Below are positions 1 to 12,825 of a DNA stretch of 64,000 bases, piece after piece. The DNA comes from Ascidiella aspersa. Lineage: Eukaryota. The notes under the pieces were generated by a model. The model searched no databases and was not told the DNA's origin. It worked only from the letters and a program-made list of their open reading frames with translations. A program made the translations under genes and the position numbers. The stretch is from assembly GCA_963924565.1 (NCBI GenBank), contig OZ004611.1, forward strand, positions 18,414,001 through 18,478,000, read 5' to 3'. How positions within the stretch are numbered: position 1 is the first letter of the stretch; each line of letters opens with the position of its first letter.

Positions 1-511
1 AGGGTGCACCGTTAGGGATGTTCAGATTTAACTTTTTTTGGAAAATTTATGCTTCCTGCTTGATTTCCCATTATGTGTCACATAAAAATCAGTTTCACAA
101 GTTTTCAAAACAATTGGACAACATTTAGGGGCTCCGCAGGCACCCCAAAGTTATCACACTAAAATTGCTAAAATCCGGGACTTCCCCTAACACGCTACTG
201 TACATTTTTCTTTAAAAACAAAGAAAACCCCGTAATTTTTATATTAAACAATGGCAAGAAAGCATCACTAATCTATTTTCCAGTTTTATGTAACTTAAAA
301 TGTATTCTTAAAGCCCCCAAAGCCCTACTTTACCCCATTTTTAGAGTTGTCATTCGATTTATCACATATATTCAATAAAATGCATTTTATTGAATTATTT
401 AAAACCTGTTTATGATCGTCTGTAATCTTCAATAGCCTGTAGCAACTTGCACGTTGCTGAGGATTGTCATTTAACATAGCAACATAATCAGTGATTAATA
501 TTTTTAACAAA

Positions 512-1351
512 CACATGGTCAGCATGATCATGGAACTTGTCCATAATCGCAGCTTTGTTTTAAGACAAACAACGGCTCCATCAAAGCAGGTTATGACGCC
601 TTAGAAACGGCATGCATCAGGGATCAGTTCTGGCTCCTTTGCTGTTTAATGTTTATTACAGTGATCTGCCCGCCACAGTCTCCAAGCATACGCTGATGAC
701 TTGGCGATCTTGCATGCTGAAGGGAATTGGCGCAGTGTTGAGAGGACTCTTAGTCCACCTCAATAACAAGGAAATTAAACGTGTGTTGTCCGTCAATACC
801 AATGGAAGAACTTTGAATTTCTATGTCTACATACCTCGCATTGCATCTGGACAGGACACTCACATTCCTACCCTGGCAGGCATCTAGCCCGCTGAGCTTC
901 GCCCCAGAGGAGCCACAATACCAAAGGCTACTATCCTCGAGACGCTCCTTTGTACCAGCTGCACTCAAATCACTGCAGAAATGTGAAAGCTCTGGTGTAG
1001 GTGAATGGATGGCCACCAACAAGGAGCAAGATTACCCCTCTCCACCACTATTGCCCCACCACCTCCAATAAGCCTTAGGGTTTTGGCCTGTCTATTCGAG
1101 CCTAGACTCGCCTTAACAGGCTGAGAACAGGGGTCGGACGTGCTAGGTCTTCCATTAATAAATGGGGCTTCTGTGACTGTGGTTTGGAGGAACAGACTGC
1201 AGATCACATAGTCTCACCGTGCCGATATATCGCCAACCAAGTGGGACAAATGGTCTGACACTCTTGGTCGATGAGACTATCCGCTAGTATCTCGACTTCT
1301 GCACGGACATTTGAACTGGAATAATAAGATCGTCCATACGAAAGAAGAAGA
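512..1351 (+). mobile_element. 5'-truncated non-LTR retrotransposon (LINE) fragment nested in the TIR element
   Basis: Frameshifted RT motifs: QGSVLAPLLFNVY (ORF 612-887), YADDLA (TACGCTGATGACTTGGCG ~689), YL...LDRTLTF (ORF 823); ends in a (GAA)n-like tail at ~1340-1351. Clade not assigned. Confidence 0.85.
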
Positions 1352-1359
1352 CGATCAAG

Positions 1360-1900
1360 CAGGTGCAAAACACAGTACAAAGTGGATGGGACAAGTTTTC
1401 TATGGCCAAAAATGTTCATGTAGTCTGAACAGATGGGTAATGATGCTATTTTTCTAGACAAACTTGTCACATTTTCCTTGTTTAGTAATCACCCACAAAT
1501 GACCAAGGACACAAAGGCAGCAATTGCCCGAAAACTTCTTGCAACTGCAAAACCTGAAGATTTTCACCAAAGCATTCAAGTTTTGCATCATAAAATCAAA
1601 AGTTATACCACTTTAGAGGATTTGATTGGCACAGATTCCTGGTTTATTTTACGCTACTCAATCAGATATGTGATTGGCCGACGCATTCTCCCGATTCATG
1701 GTGCTCATAATGGGTACACCGAGTTAAAGTCTTCATGTACTGTTAAAGTTGTGAATGATGCCGCAGAAAGAGGGGTTAAAAGTAAACACAGATTGTGCTG
1801 CTATATTAACGGACAATCCACAGCAACAAACAACTTGCTACAAGCTGTTGAAGATCACAGGCAATCATACCCAGATTTTCTAAAAAAAAACCTTGGCTAA
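1360..1900 (+). pseudogene. C-terminal remnant of the TIR element's transposase
   Basis: ORF 1433-1900 contains VKVVNDAAERGVK, resembling the catalytic-Glu region of hAT-type DDE transposases; lies between the TIRs; N-terminal part missing. Confidence 0.65.
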
Positions 1901-2472
1901 AAAATAATAAAAGCTATTCATTGATGTTCCTTTTTACATTTTTTAACTATTACATTGGTATACTTTTGCTATATTCCTTCTTTATTCACTGTTGATTAAA
2001 ATACTTTGCTTTTCATAATATACAATTTGTTAAAATATATTTTATTGTACATATGTGATAAATTAAATGACAGCTCCAAAAATGGGGTAAAGTGGGAATT
2101 TGGGGGCTTTAAGAATACATTTTCAGCTACGTAAAACTGGAAAATAGATTAGTGATGCTTTCTTGCCATTGTTTAATACAAAAATTACAAGGTTTCTGTG
2201 TTTTTTAAGAAAAACGTACAGTATCGTGTTAGGGGAAGTCCCAGATTTTAGCAATTTCAGTGTGATAACTTTGGGGTGTCTGCGGAGCCCCTAAATGTTG
2301 TCCAATTGTTTTGAAAACTTACGAAACTCATTTTTATGTGACACTTAATGGGAAATCAAGCAGGAAGCATAAATTTTCAAAAAAAAGTTAAATCTGAACA
2401 ACCCTAGTGCACCGTGCACGCCGGTTTAAGAACACTGGTCCAGATAATACTTCAAGGCGGTACGATTCTTAC

Positions 2473-3828
2473 CAATACAAGCGCCTTCATAAGCAATCTT
2501 GATGTGCTTTCTTTTCTTACAGGCTTCCACGTGCATCGCGCACTTGCTCCTGTATTGTCGTCCGAAAACGCTGCATACAGGAGAATCGTCCCTGCGAAAG
2601 GCCGCAGGTTATTTCACAAGATTCGCTGTCCGAAATACTTTTTTCATTTCGCTCCGAATATTTTTGGTTTATATTGGCAAGTGACTTCTAAATTATACCA
2701 CTACGTTCGAAGCAAAAGGGTACCGTAACTGTTTTTATTAAAGGGCAGCTAAAATATTGAACTATTTTAACACTCCCGAAACGCATGCCCTGACGACATT
2801 TCGTTGATCTGAAGGATGTACATGTTCCGTTGTCAATTACTGAAACGCCAAAGTTGCTAAAAGTCTTTAAGGGATACGTTTCCCGTCAAACCAGTCTTTT
2901 AATTGTGAATGACCACAGCTTATTGTTTTAGCGTTGGTGAACAAGAATAAGCTAAATAAATTGTTAAAACGTTTGCTATAAGTTTTAACAACGGTGATCA
3001 TCCAATAATTATAGCCTGTTGAGCAACGGAGAATTAACACTCAAAGCTTTATAACCTAGGCACCTAAGAATGTTTTTTTTTTATATATGGAGTGATACAA
3101 TTTGTGTACACAGAGCGAATGTTTAATTTCAAATAAAGGTACCACAGCAAAGCACGTTCTAACCCAGGTAGGTCCAATCCAACCCGCGGCCCGCGCATTG
3201 TTGATGTTTACGTGCGGCCCATTATTCTCACTTTTAATAGCCTTTATTTGTTTTATTTTAATTGTTTCGGCTATTATCAAAACGTGTACAACGCGCAGTT
3301 TTTGATGTAGGCCTAATCTTATATTTTTTTTCTAAAACTATAATCGAGTCTAATATCGCATTTCAACATCCATCGAACACTTGTGCATTATCATTGTTAA
3401 GCAAAATTTGTGTTTTTTGCGTTTTATCATCCCAAAGGTATCGTACCATGGCTGATACAGCATTTATAAACTTACATTTTCGCGCTTCAAACGATAAGTC
3501 CGAGATTTATACTTGCATATTTGCACACAAGTTCAATCTCGAAGAGCGGATGTTTATAAGTTAAGTTGTTTTATGACGTCACGATATGACGTCACCCCAA
3601 TAATTTAATAAGTTTTGCGGCCCATTAAAGTTTTTTGCGGCCCTTTTAGCTGAAAGTGGCAATGCGGCCTTTTAAGCGAAAAGGTTGGTCATCCCTGTCT
3701 AACCACTCACCGGGAATCACATGAGGTCGGACAAACGCAAGTTGGGGTCCTTCTTCCCGCATCGTTGACAACCACCTTGCACCAGGAACCTTTTGGTCTC
3801 TTGCCACATCGTTTTCTCAGACACAGTC
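2473..3828 (-). CDS. Follistatin-N + Kazal domain exons of a SPARC-/FSTL1-like secreted protein (partial gene)
   Basis: Exons 3828-3711 (ttttcacag / gtgagt) and 2591-2473 (tttcgcag / gtaaga) splice in phase to LCLRKRCGKRPKGSWCKVVVNDAGRRTPTCVCPTSCDSRDDSPVCSVFGRQYRSKCAMHVEACKKRKHIKIAYEGACI, with the Cys spacing of a follistatin domain. Upstream exons not resolved; downstream exons lie left of the window. Confidence 0.85.
3165..3697. mobile_element. hAT-type MITE
   Basis: CAGG...CCCTG termini with GCGGCC subterminal motifs; TCTAACC on both flanks (imperfect TSD). Confidence 0.7.
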
Positions 3829-4794
3829 CTGTGAAAACAAAATGCGAATTTATTCAGCAATTTTTTATTACATTCTGTAAGAGTGTACAAATATATGTTT
3901 AAACGCTTCGGTCCTTTTGGGGTTACGGTGGGTTTATGTGCGTATTCAAGAAGCTTGGTTATAAAAGTGTTCGTCAGCGGGTTAGATAGGGTTAGTTTGG
4001 TAAAACAAATTAACGAAAATCCCTCAAATTAATTTAAATATCACTAATTAAACCACATTTATCTTCTGCGCCATAGACCCTCATTTAAGCCCTCTTGAAC
4101 ATTTCAAAATTTTTTTAGGATTGGACATAATCACTTACTCCCTAAGCAGCAATACCAAAGGTCGCTTTTTCAGTGTTTTCTTTGAAACGTAGGCTTGATA
4201 TTCACTACGTTACAAATAAATTCGCGGTGTTCTTGTACCAACAGTTTATTGGAACCCTTTATCTTTGGATTTAGAACACACATGACACAATCATTTAAAA
4301 ATCATCATGGCTTATGTCTTGTTTTTACTAAAACTATATAGTCTATAATATCATACAAACCTCTCGACAATATGTAAGTTATAACGTAGAAAGGGGCGGA
4401 CGATTCTAATTTTTTTTTTTTTTTTCTAATTTTTTGCGACTAAAACTCCAATCACGTGATAGTAGCCCCGGGTTACTAAGTTGATCGGATAGACACGCTT
4501 TTCCCCATCAATTATTTATAAGGCAAATATTTATTGTTCAACCATAACTGGTCAAACGACTACGTTCTCTAACGTTTCACAAAAATCGTTATCTGCTTCA
4601 CGGAAAAGTCCAGCGGGTTTGCATGTGGGCTATCGTCTTTTTGGTGTTAAAAGTGATTTGATAATAAAAGGAATAAAACCTTTCCAATTAGATAGCCGCA
4701 ATTAAGAGGCTTTCGCCTTTTCATGCGACCGACTTTAATCACAAAGACAAAAGTGCCTTAGTCGTGTTTTGGTTTCCGTTAATTCATCCTGCCG

Positions 4795-5068
4795 GTCAGA
4801 TATTACGGGATTTGTTGACGCAATAAGATTGGAATATAATGGGAAGGGCGCAGATCAAATGGTCGGCCCGAAGTTTGTTTTTGTCCGAACGGAAAGCGTA
4901 CCTTTGATGTAGGCGTGCTGGACTTTGTAATAGGAAACCTGCGTGGGAAAGGGACAGCATCTATCCTGCTGAGTATCACGGGTTATTCTCTGGGTCTATC
5001 TTTATACTTTTTTTATGAACCGATATTGTCTGTTCGGAAAAAATGCGACATCCCGTAATATGGCTGAC
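4795..5068. repeat. Short element with degenerate inverted ends (MITE-like)
   Basis: GTCAGATATTACGGGAT at ~4795 versus ATCCCGTAATATGGCTGAC at ~5050-5068; no clear TSD. Confidence 0.4.
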
Positions 5069-8000
5069 AATGGTATGTGCGAAATCATAAAGAATATCTA
5101 TTGCCTTAAATAACGATCTTTGTATGTCTGACACATTAAAATACAATATTCCGAGTTCATAACAAATCTGTTATGAACTGACAGCTCACTACATGGTTTT
5201 ATTATTACCGGAACACCACCTTTTAAAAAATTCTTACTGTCTTATATCGTCAATTTGAAAAGTGTGACTGAGCACGTCAAACGCATTTTTGCGTTAGCTT
5301 GAGCTAAATGGTTGAATTGTGCCTTAAGTGAAAAACAAATATCCGCATTTCCAGGTCACAAAAAACCTAAATAAATATCCTTTTAAAGCCACTTAAGCTC
5401 GCGTGTGGTCTGAATAGTCCTGAATATACCCTTACCTAATGGTTATAATGGTTATAAGCGGTATCGCATTTTATCACGCTCGATGATGCAATCATCGTAC
5501 AATAAAGCATTTAAACAACTTTTTCCCTAAAAATATACCTAAAATAATTTGAACTACTAAAGTTTGTTTAAGAAACTGTGATCCATGTGAATGAAACTTT
5601 AGCGGTAAACTTCCTTTTTCCGATTAAAAACATTGGGCAAGCCCAAAGAGACACAACGTGATGGTCTTTCATGGTTGGCGCACAAACAGCCTGCGAGCCG
5701 CGACCGCTGCCCATCAATTGTAAAATGTGATTTATCGTATATCTATACTCTTTTTTATTCGTCATATGTAAAACAATTAAATAAACACGACTTTTCAATT
5801 TACAGAACAAATTTCAGCTATGCTTTTTGAACATTTTTTTAATCTAAAAACACGAAATAAAAATATATTTTTTTGTAGAATATATCAAAAAACATACACA
5901 ATAAATAATATATATACCATTTCGCTGAAAACGATATCATTTAATAAAATAATGTTTAAAAAAATATGTTAGCTTACATAGCAATTCCGACCCATCATCA
6001 ATTACACTTAATACGAAGTTGGTGCGCTTTGTTGCAAATTATAGAGCACTTAAGGATAAAGCGTTCAATATCAATAGCTTAAACTTTAGATGTGAACGCT
6101 AATCTGTCGGAGACGTTTTTAAAGTGGTTTTCTTTTCGAGTTAAATAAGTGGTGGGCGGTCGATCGGCACCACATTTTAAAGAGAATGAGTGCATTAAAA
6201 CATTAATAGTTTCAGATTTATGGATGTCTTCTTGGTATCGTCAATCATCTTTAATTTTGTTGTTGGCTTGTATGTAAAACTTTGCTACATAGTTTATGAT
6301 ATTTCTTTCAAAAAACACACCCATAAAATTCTTTGAGAAATCTATTAAATTTGGTTCATTTTTATTAAACCAAAAAGCTTTAAAAAGTTTGGGTTTACAT
6401 TTAACCTGAAACTGGCTGTTAACCCGCTTTAGTATGAAAGGCAGACAAAGCAAGCTAAGCTATTTATACAGCTAACACGGGTGGCATGTATACTTTTTGC
6501 CAGCGTCTGTGATATGCCCTTGGTAGACGTACGTGACAACCAGTTTAAAAGTCAAAGCGAAGTGGACTCATGAATTATACACAAGCCATACAGTTGCTTT
6601 GCGTTTGCGATTGCCGTTAAGCACCCCCACCGGGAATCATTCAACCGTAAACGCAAAACTGAAGGCAACATACAAATGCCATGCCCATAGCGATAAGAAA
6701 GTATTGCAGTATAAGTAGATGTTAAGTCAGCCATATTATTCAGGCGCGCTCGACAAATTTTAACCAACGAGAGATTTTGCGATATAGTTATTTTATGTCT
6801 CGTTTTGGGTTTTCATTGATCAGAACAAACCAAATACATTGCGATTACAAACACAGCTAATCCTTAGCCCCCAGCTGTCCCCAAATACAGACAGGAGACG
6901 AGGCCCACACGCACACAGACGACTTGCCCACACCCACCTTGTATACAAACTTGTTAAGGCCGCTCACGGGTCATTTCTCAAAGTGTGACAGATCTGCCCG
7001 TAAATGGTAGTGACCTCGTGTTGCGCGTTACTATATACCAGACGCGCCAATATCAGATGGCTTTTGCTAGACTAGGACATTTTGGTGGCCTGCGATAGGT
7101 AGGAGCGACAATGTTGTATTACTATATTTCTAATAAAGGAGTTTGATCATTTGACAGCATTATGCGATAAAACACATTACAGTTGTATGGGCCCACTGCG
7201 CACAGCTGAACCTAGTAGAAAACTTGATAAGTGTCTTACCCAGAATATAGCAGCATTTCTAAAACCAATAAAAATATTGTTTTTATCACCCAAATGATCT
7301 AAGAACCAACTTTTATGGCATAATTGCGCTAAGACACTGTAAAGAATGTTTCGAAACCCTTTGGTTAAAGACGCCATTAAGTTGTTGGCAAGCAAATCAT
7401 GTTTTAGTACTTTAAAAATTTCTAAGCGAGGCGGGTTTATGCGTTTTAAACCACTTTCTGAGAAATATGTTTTGCGAGGGAAACCAAAGTGAATATAAAT
7501 TTTGATTCTCACGTCAAACATTTTTTTTTTAAAGGAACTGTTTGCTTTAGACTTTAGGGGATTCAAATACTACAAAGTCAAAGTTTTGCGTACTGAATTA
7601 CTACGGGTCGGAATTGTGCTTGAGAATGACACGCAACAAATCTCAAATAAAGTTTCGTCGACTTACGTTCGTCCGACATCAAATCGAAATCCAGCTTGGT
7701 GTAGGATCGTTTTCGTTTACCCTGAAAATATCAACGAAGTTATAAACTTCCGCTTAAAACACGTGTGTAAAATCAATTATTATGGCTCAGTTAAAGTGGC
7801 TCTAAAACTATTTCAGTGGAATGTTGTGTTGTATACAATGCGTTACATAATATTACAACAGTCCGTTTTGTGGCCGCATTCGTTAAGGACAAAAGAGTAA
7901 AAATAGCGAATTAATATATATATAAAATGCGTTAAAAGCATGTATTTCGATTGACACCCTTATATTCTTACGGTTCGATGGCACATTGCAATATTTTCAG

Positions 8001-11000
8001 CGTTATAATCTTAGACAGTAGAGCTATTGTTTTCCGCTCAGTTTATCACCGCGTAAAAACGCGACGACCACAGCAGACATAACTCGTGCCTTGAAGCGGC
8101 CACGACCGCACTTTCATTCGTGCCTTTAAAATTTATATAGTATCACGTGCAGACAAGATGATTTACAGATTTAAATCCTGAAGAGTTCTTTGCCATTTTA
8201 AAGGTTGTTGTTAAAATACGTACGTCGGGTAACCCGATATAATAATGAATGTAAAAAAACAAGTTGTAAGGATGCAATACTGCATGCAAAATAACTAAGG
8301 AGATTTTCGCGCTTGAGGGTAAACACCAAAGAAAACAAATACAGTAAATAATAAAACAAGACAACATAAAATGCAAAAACTATCAGCGATCAAAGAATAA
8401 ACTTATATATTCATGGCCGATTTTTTTGACAGTCGCGCCATGAGAGATGAATTGTGCTAATAGCCTAATACGTAATCAAACCAAATATAGCTATACTGTT
8501 TCCTGAGTGTACTAGCATCCGAGATTCGACCACCTTGCTAGTCTAATTGCCGGGCAGGACGACCGTATGACGTATGCGAAATCCCAACCAGAACAGGAAA
8601 GTACAAGGAAATGTAACCCAAAAACCTCACATCCTTTGCTAATTGGGCCTTGATTTGTGGCGTTATAATTACACAGGCCACAAGCCTGTCCACTTATGCT
8701 GAGCCCTGTAGTCTGACGCCGGAGTGGTAAAACCATTTCCATGTAAAGGGGCAATTAGATCAATAGGGCTTGTTCTGCGCTTTCTAGGACTTGACAAAGC
8801 TTTCTCAGGCCAAAATTTCCTCGAATGCCCAGTACGTTTTATATCAACCTACACCAATTAAGAGCGAGTCCAATTAACAAAATGAATGTCATAAACGTGT
8901 TAATAAACGCCACATGGATTCAAATAAATACACAGTTCATTAAATGTTATAAACCCTGAAGCAACGTTCTGTCACGTTGTAATATTCTGGTAAAAGAAGT
9001 GAACTACACAAAAGCTCACGAATCATAGTTTAAAGAGATAAGCTAAATGGTCATTTTTTTACTTTATTTCACCCACCTGAACTTGTTGCAGAAATCCTGC
9101 CAAAAAGCACACCAAGGCCAATCCATAGACAAATCTCATTTTGCCTTTTTACGCAACAAAGTTTCCCCCAAAAAAGTTTTAGCAATAGCAAATAACCTGT
9201 TAATAAATGTGTCCATGAAGAGCAAGGTTTAATACAGTCATTGCTAAAAGGATATACGCCAATAAAGCTTTAATAAAAAACAGCTATCTGTTGTAATCTG
9301 CTTTGCTATTTTGGTTCTTTATTCAATGTGATTAAATTTTTTGCCGCCTTTAAATGCGATGCCTATTTTAACTCAACACAATTATTTAAAAGTCACCATC
9401 CTTCTGTACTGTGGATTCAGCATTAAAAAAAACTAATGAATGACAAATAATATACGAATTCAACCTGTATAGACGGGTCTGCGTCCACATATATATTTGC
9501 TGACCTATAGTGTGCAACCATAGGCGCATAATTAAAACATATTGGATTAAACCACGCCATGGCACTTATCCGATTACTCGAAAAATAAATGAACTCTCAT
9601 TAATGTCCTACATCTGTGGAAAACGGTAACTGGTGAAGACAAATGTTCTGTAGGGCAAATAGTTATCTTTTCTCCTCGTGGTTGCGGTGTAATGTACACT
9701 TTATCGATTAAATCAATCTGTACGAATGACCCGGCAAAATCTCATCAGTTCTGTGGTAAACAGCTAACGCCCATATCAATCGATGTATAGTAACATCTGT
9801 GCATTTACACCAGCTATAGGATGTGTTGAAAGGTGGACATACAAGTAACAAGCCTTCCGATGGGCCTTTCACGGGTAATATCTATCCAAAGTGAGATAAA
9901 ACGCTATGTTCCGCGAAACACCACATACCGTTTTCTCCTATAGAGCGATATAGTCGACCAGCCGCTCACACGCATTGGTATTAACACATCTCGGTTAGGT
10001 CTTGGTATAATTTGAATCTTTCAATTCTAAATTTAAAGCATCTTCACTTGTAAAGTAATCGAACAAATACAATAACCAAACTCAAGCAAAGGTTTAAACA
10101 AAAAAGGGTCGTAGATACAATGAGACATCGGCAACCTGTGTCTCTTTCTAGTTTCGCCTTCAAACTACTTTCCGAAATTAAGCGCCCAATGTTTTTTGGT
10201 ACGTAATATATCGCTGTCTAATAGGCTACTATGATGTCGTCAAACACACCAATATGTCAGTAATCCTCACCAGGGTTTCTCTTTATTACTAGGCCAAACC
10301 ATAACACGTTCATAATGCTTCGCTCGCGATTCACAACTCAAACCTCAGACAACATTCTGGACTCTCATAAGCGCCTCACGCGCCCACACGTCTGCCTTCT
10401 TTCCTCGCTACGTATGTTGACTTAAAAAGGTTAGGTATGAGAGCCTTTCAGGTCGGCGACGTACAAGTCGTACAAGCTTGGTAAATTATTAACGCAATAC
10501 TTTTCTGCTCGAAATCGTTGTCGTGTTTCAGGTAAAACAGATTTGGCACCTGGCTTCTGAAATGTGCTATACGTAATCTGACACACACGCATTTCTTGCT
10601 GGTATCTATAGGCCAACTTTTAAGCGGACCTGGCACAATCAGAGACTAAAAAGGGCCGAATTTAAGATTTAAATCAACTTAAAATCAAAAATTCCTATTT
10701 CTTGTTCACATTTGGTGACATAAGTGTTTGTGGAATATAAAATATAGAAAAAGTAAATGAGTTGTTAGGACACTAGAACAGTTTAAAAAGCAACTGCGAT
10801 TTATAAGGACAATACACCATAACCCGCCTTAGGTTTATTATATGTTTTTACACTTTTCTTTTTGCTGATATATCTGCGTCTCATAGCTGAAAGAGGTAAC
10901 CTAAAAATCAACCCACCAAACTAATCGTTATCGCTAAAAAAATAAACAAATTTATAACTAATTTTTAAATGGTAAAATTCGCTTTGTTAAATTTGTCTAT

Positions 11001-11543
11001 TACCTACCATTTACAGTTTTACCTTAACCGAAGTACATGCAACACCGGGTTTCGTTTTTTGATATTCGATATTAAAAACCTTGATAAACATTTTGATTTA
11101 CATTAATGAGTCTAACGGCAAAATCTTGCGATTTGACTTAAAAATAGTCCTCAACCCACAATACCGGGAACACACAATAAGACCTATGCGACAACAATAT
11201 ATAAAGTAGAATAATGTTTAATACCATAGTATTAGGACCAACGACATGATAAAGTCAAATAGTAATATCGAAAACAGAATAAGATGTAAATCTTGTGAAA
11301 AAGACCTAAACATGTTGGAATACGTCCAAATCCATCGTAATATAAATGCCTAAAAAGTCCTAAATGGACAAAATAACGCTGGGAATCTGCAAAACTTAAC
11401 AGATGGATATAACGCAGGGGTCTGAACTAAAATTGCTCTGGGGGGCAAATGAAACCATGTAGATTAATACGCCGCAGATCAATTAATCAGGGTGGTCCAA
11501 TATTGTTATCACCTTGGACCACATTATTATTATTTGCTTATAT

Positions 11544-11827
11544 CAGTGGTTCCCAAACTTTTTCGGCTCGCGACACACTATAAAAAAGTATTGTTTCGCG
11601 GCACACTTTTAACAACAACAATGAAGTAATTTTACAATCGCCCTTAACACATGACAAACTATATGAAAATGTCTTAAAATTATTAATTTGTAATGAAAAG
11701 TGCTTATTTAAGTATGAAATGCTTGCGTGTAAGCCTATTAGTAATGGAAATCTCTCTTTTTCTTAATTACAAAAAGTTTCGCGGCACATTTGACAATCTC
11801 TCGAGTCACACAGTTTGGGAATCTCTG
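11544..11827. mobile_element. hAT MITE
   Basis: TIR CAGTGGTTCCCAAACT / AGTTTGGGAATCTCTG; TSD GCTTATAT / GCCTATAT. Two other MITE-like left ends lie just upstream (~11415, ~11488). Confidence 0.8.
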
Positions 11828-12363
11828 GCCTATATTCTTTGCAGAAGAAACTGAATAAGTTAATAATGGTTTATTTGTTACGTCATTACGCGATGTTATA
11901 AAACAACTGAAAATAAGTGGCCTTGTCGACAAATTGTATTTACTGTTGACGAGCTTTCGCACTGCGGTGTTTTATCAGGTCAGAGTAAGAAAAAAAAGTG
12001 AAACAGGGAACGTATGGCGTTGTTTTGCACAATGTGCGCAAAAATGTGCACGGAACGCGAAAATGTGCAAAAATTGTGCGCAAATTTAAAAATGCTTTAA
12101 ATAATTTAAAATGATTTTTGGAGTTAGAGTTAGAGTTGTGCACGCATTACCTATCTCAAAATGTGATTGTGCACAAAAATTTTTGCATCCCCGCCTCGCG
12201 AGGAAGGCTATAAAAAAAACAAAAATCGCGATTGTGTCTTACGTCATTTGTTGCCGTTCATACGTTTTCTTATCCTTGTCCAGATTCACCAAAGTCTTTT
12301 GTATTGGGGCATTTGACACAGCTAAAGGAATACATACACTACGTTGGTTGTGTTGCAGTTGTC

Positions 12364-12459
12364 TTTATATGGGCCGAAAATTTATTTTCGGGGCATATCC
12401 AGTTTTTCCTCGTATTTATATGGGCTGAAAATTTATTTTCGGGACATATCTTGTTTTTG
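12364..12459. repeat. Tandem duplication, ~51-bp unit, 2 copies
   Basis: TTTATATGGGC(C/T)GAAAATTTATTTTCGGG(G/A)CATATC repeated directly. Confidence 0.85.
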
Positions 12460-12544
12460 CCGTTAAATATTTCGTCCGAAGCTTTACAAAAAAAACTGTA
12501 CATCGTAGAATTCTCTCATTTTCAGACAAGACGTAGAGTGTTAT

Positions 12545-12770
12545 GTAGGTGTGCATAAGAGGTTTATGGGTCTGCAACCCCAGGGGCCTTTGTTTGGGGG
12601 ACGAACAACCTAACGTCATCGTCTTAGTTCTCTGTAGCTATCGACTCCCATCTAGTGGTAGAAAAACGTCAGTAAAGAACCTGGTCATGTCGGCTTGTTT
12701 TGATCAGCTCACGAAGCGACTAGACGCCTGCTGCGCTTTAATGACCCGGGGTGCGCTTTTAATTTTGCGC
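12545..12770. repeat. Dispersed repeat, copy 1 (diverged copy at ~16926-17140)
   Basis: Shared blocks TGTAGGT..GAGGTTTA, TAACGTCATCGT..AGTTCT..TAGCTATC, ATCTAG(T/C)GG.AGAAAA and CCTGCTGCGCTTT in the same order in both copies. Confidence 0.6.
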
Positions 12771-12825
12771 AGTGGTTCGTCTTATTAATTTATTGGAAAA
12801 AGTATAGTATACCATAGGGCTAGAC

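Larger units (their letters stand above)
13..2406 (+). mobile_element. Long-TIR DNA transposon (hAT-like, 9-bp TSD), non-autonomous/decayed
   Basis: About 350-bp imperfect TIRs (13-~365 TAGGGATGTTCAGATTTAAC... versus ~2050-2406 ...GTTAAATCTGAACAACCCTA), flanked by an exact 9-bp duplication GTGCACCGT (4-12 and 2407-2415). Confidence 0.9.

Noticed and set aside
7177-7900. Two ~130-aa ORFs on opposite strands
   Set aside because: Non-ATG or weak starts, no motifs, no splice support and composition like non-coding AT-rich DNA.
8143-8376. Signal-peptide exon (MLSCFIIYCICFLWCLPSSA) for the follistatin gene
   Set aside because: No phase-1 donor to join exon 3828; T-rich DNA produces hydrophobic ORFs by chance.
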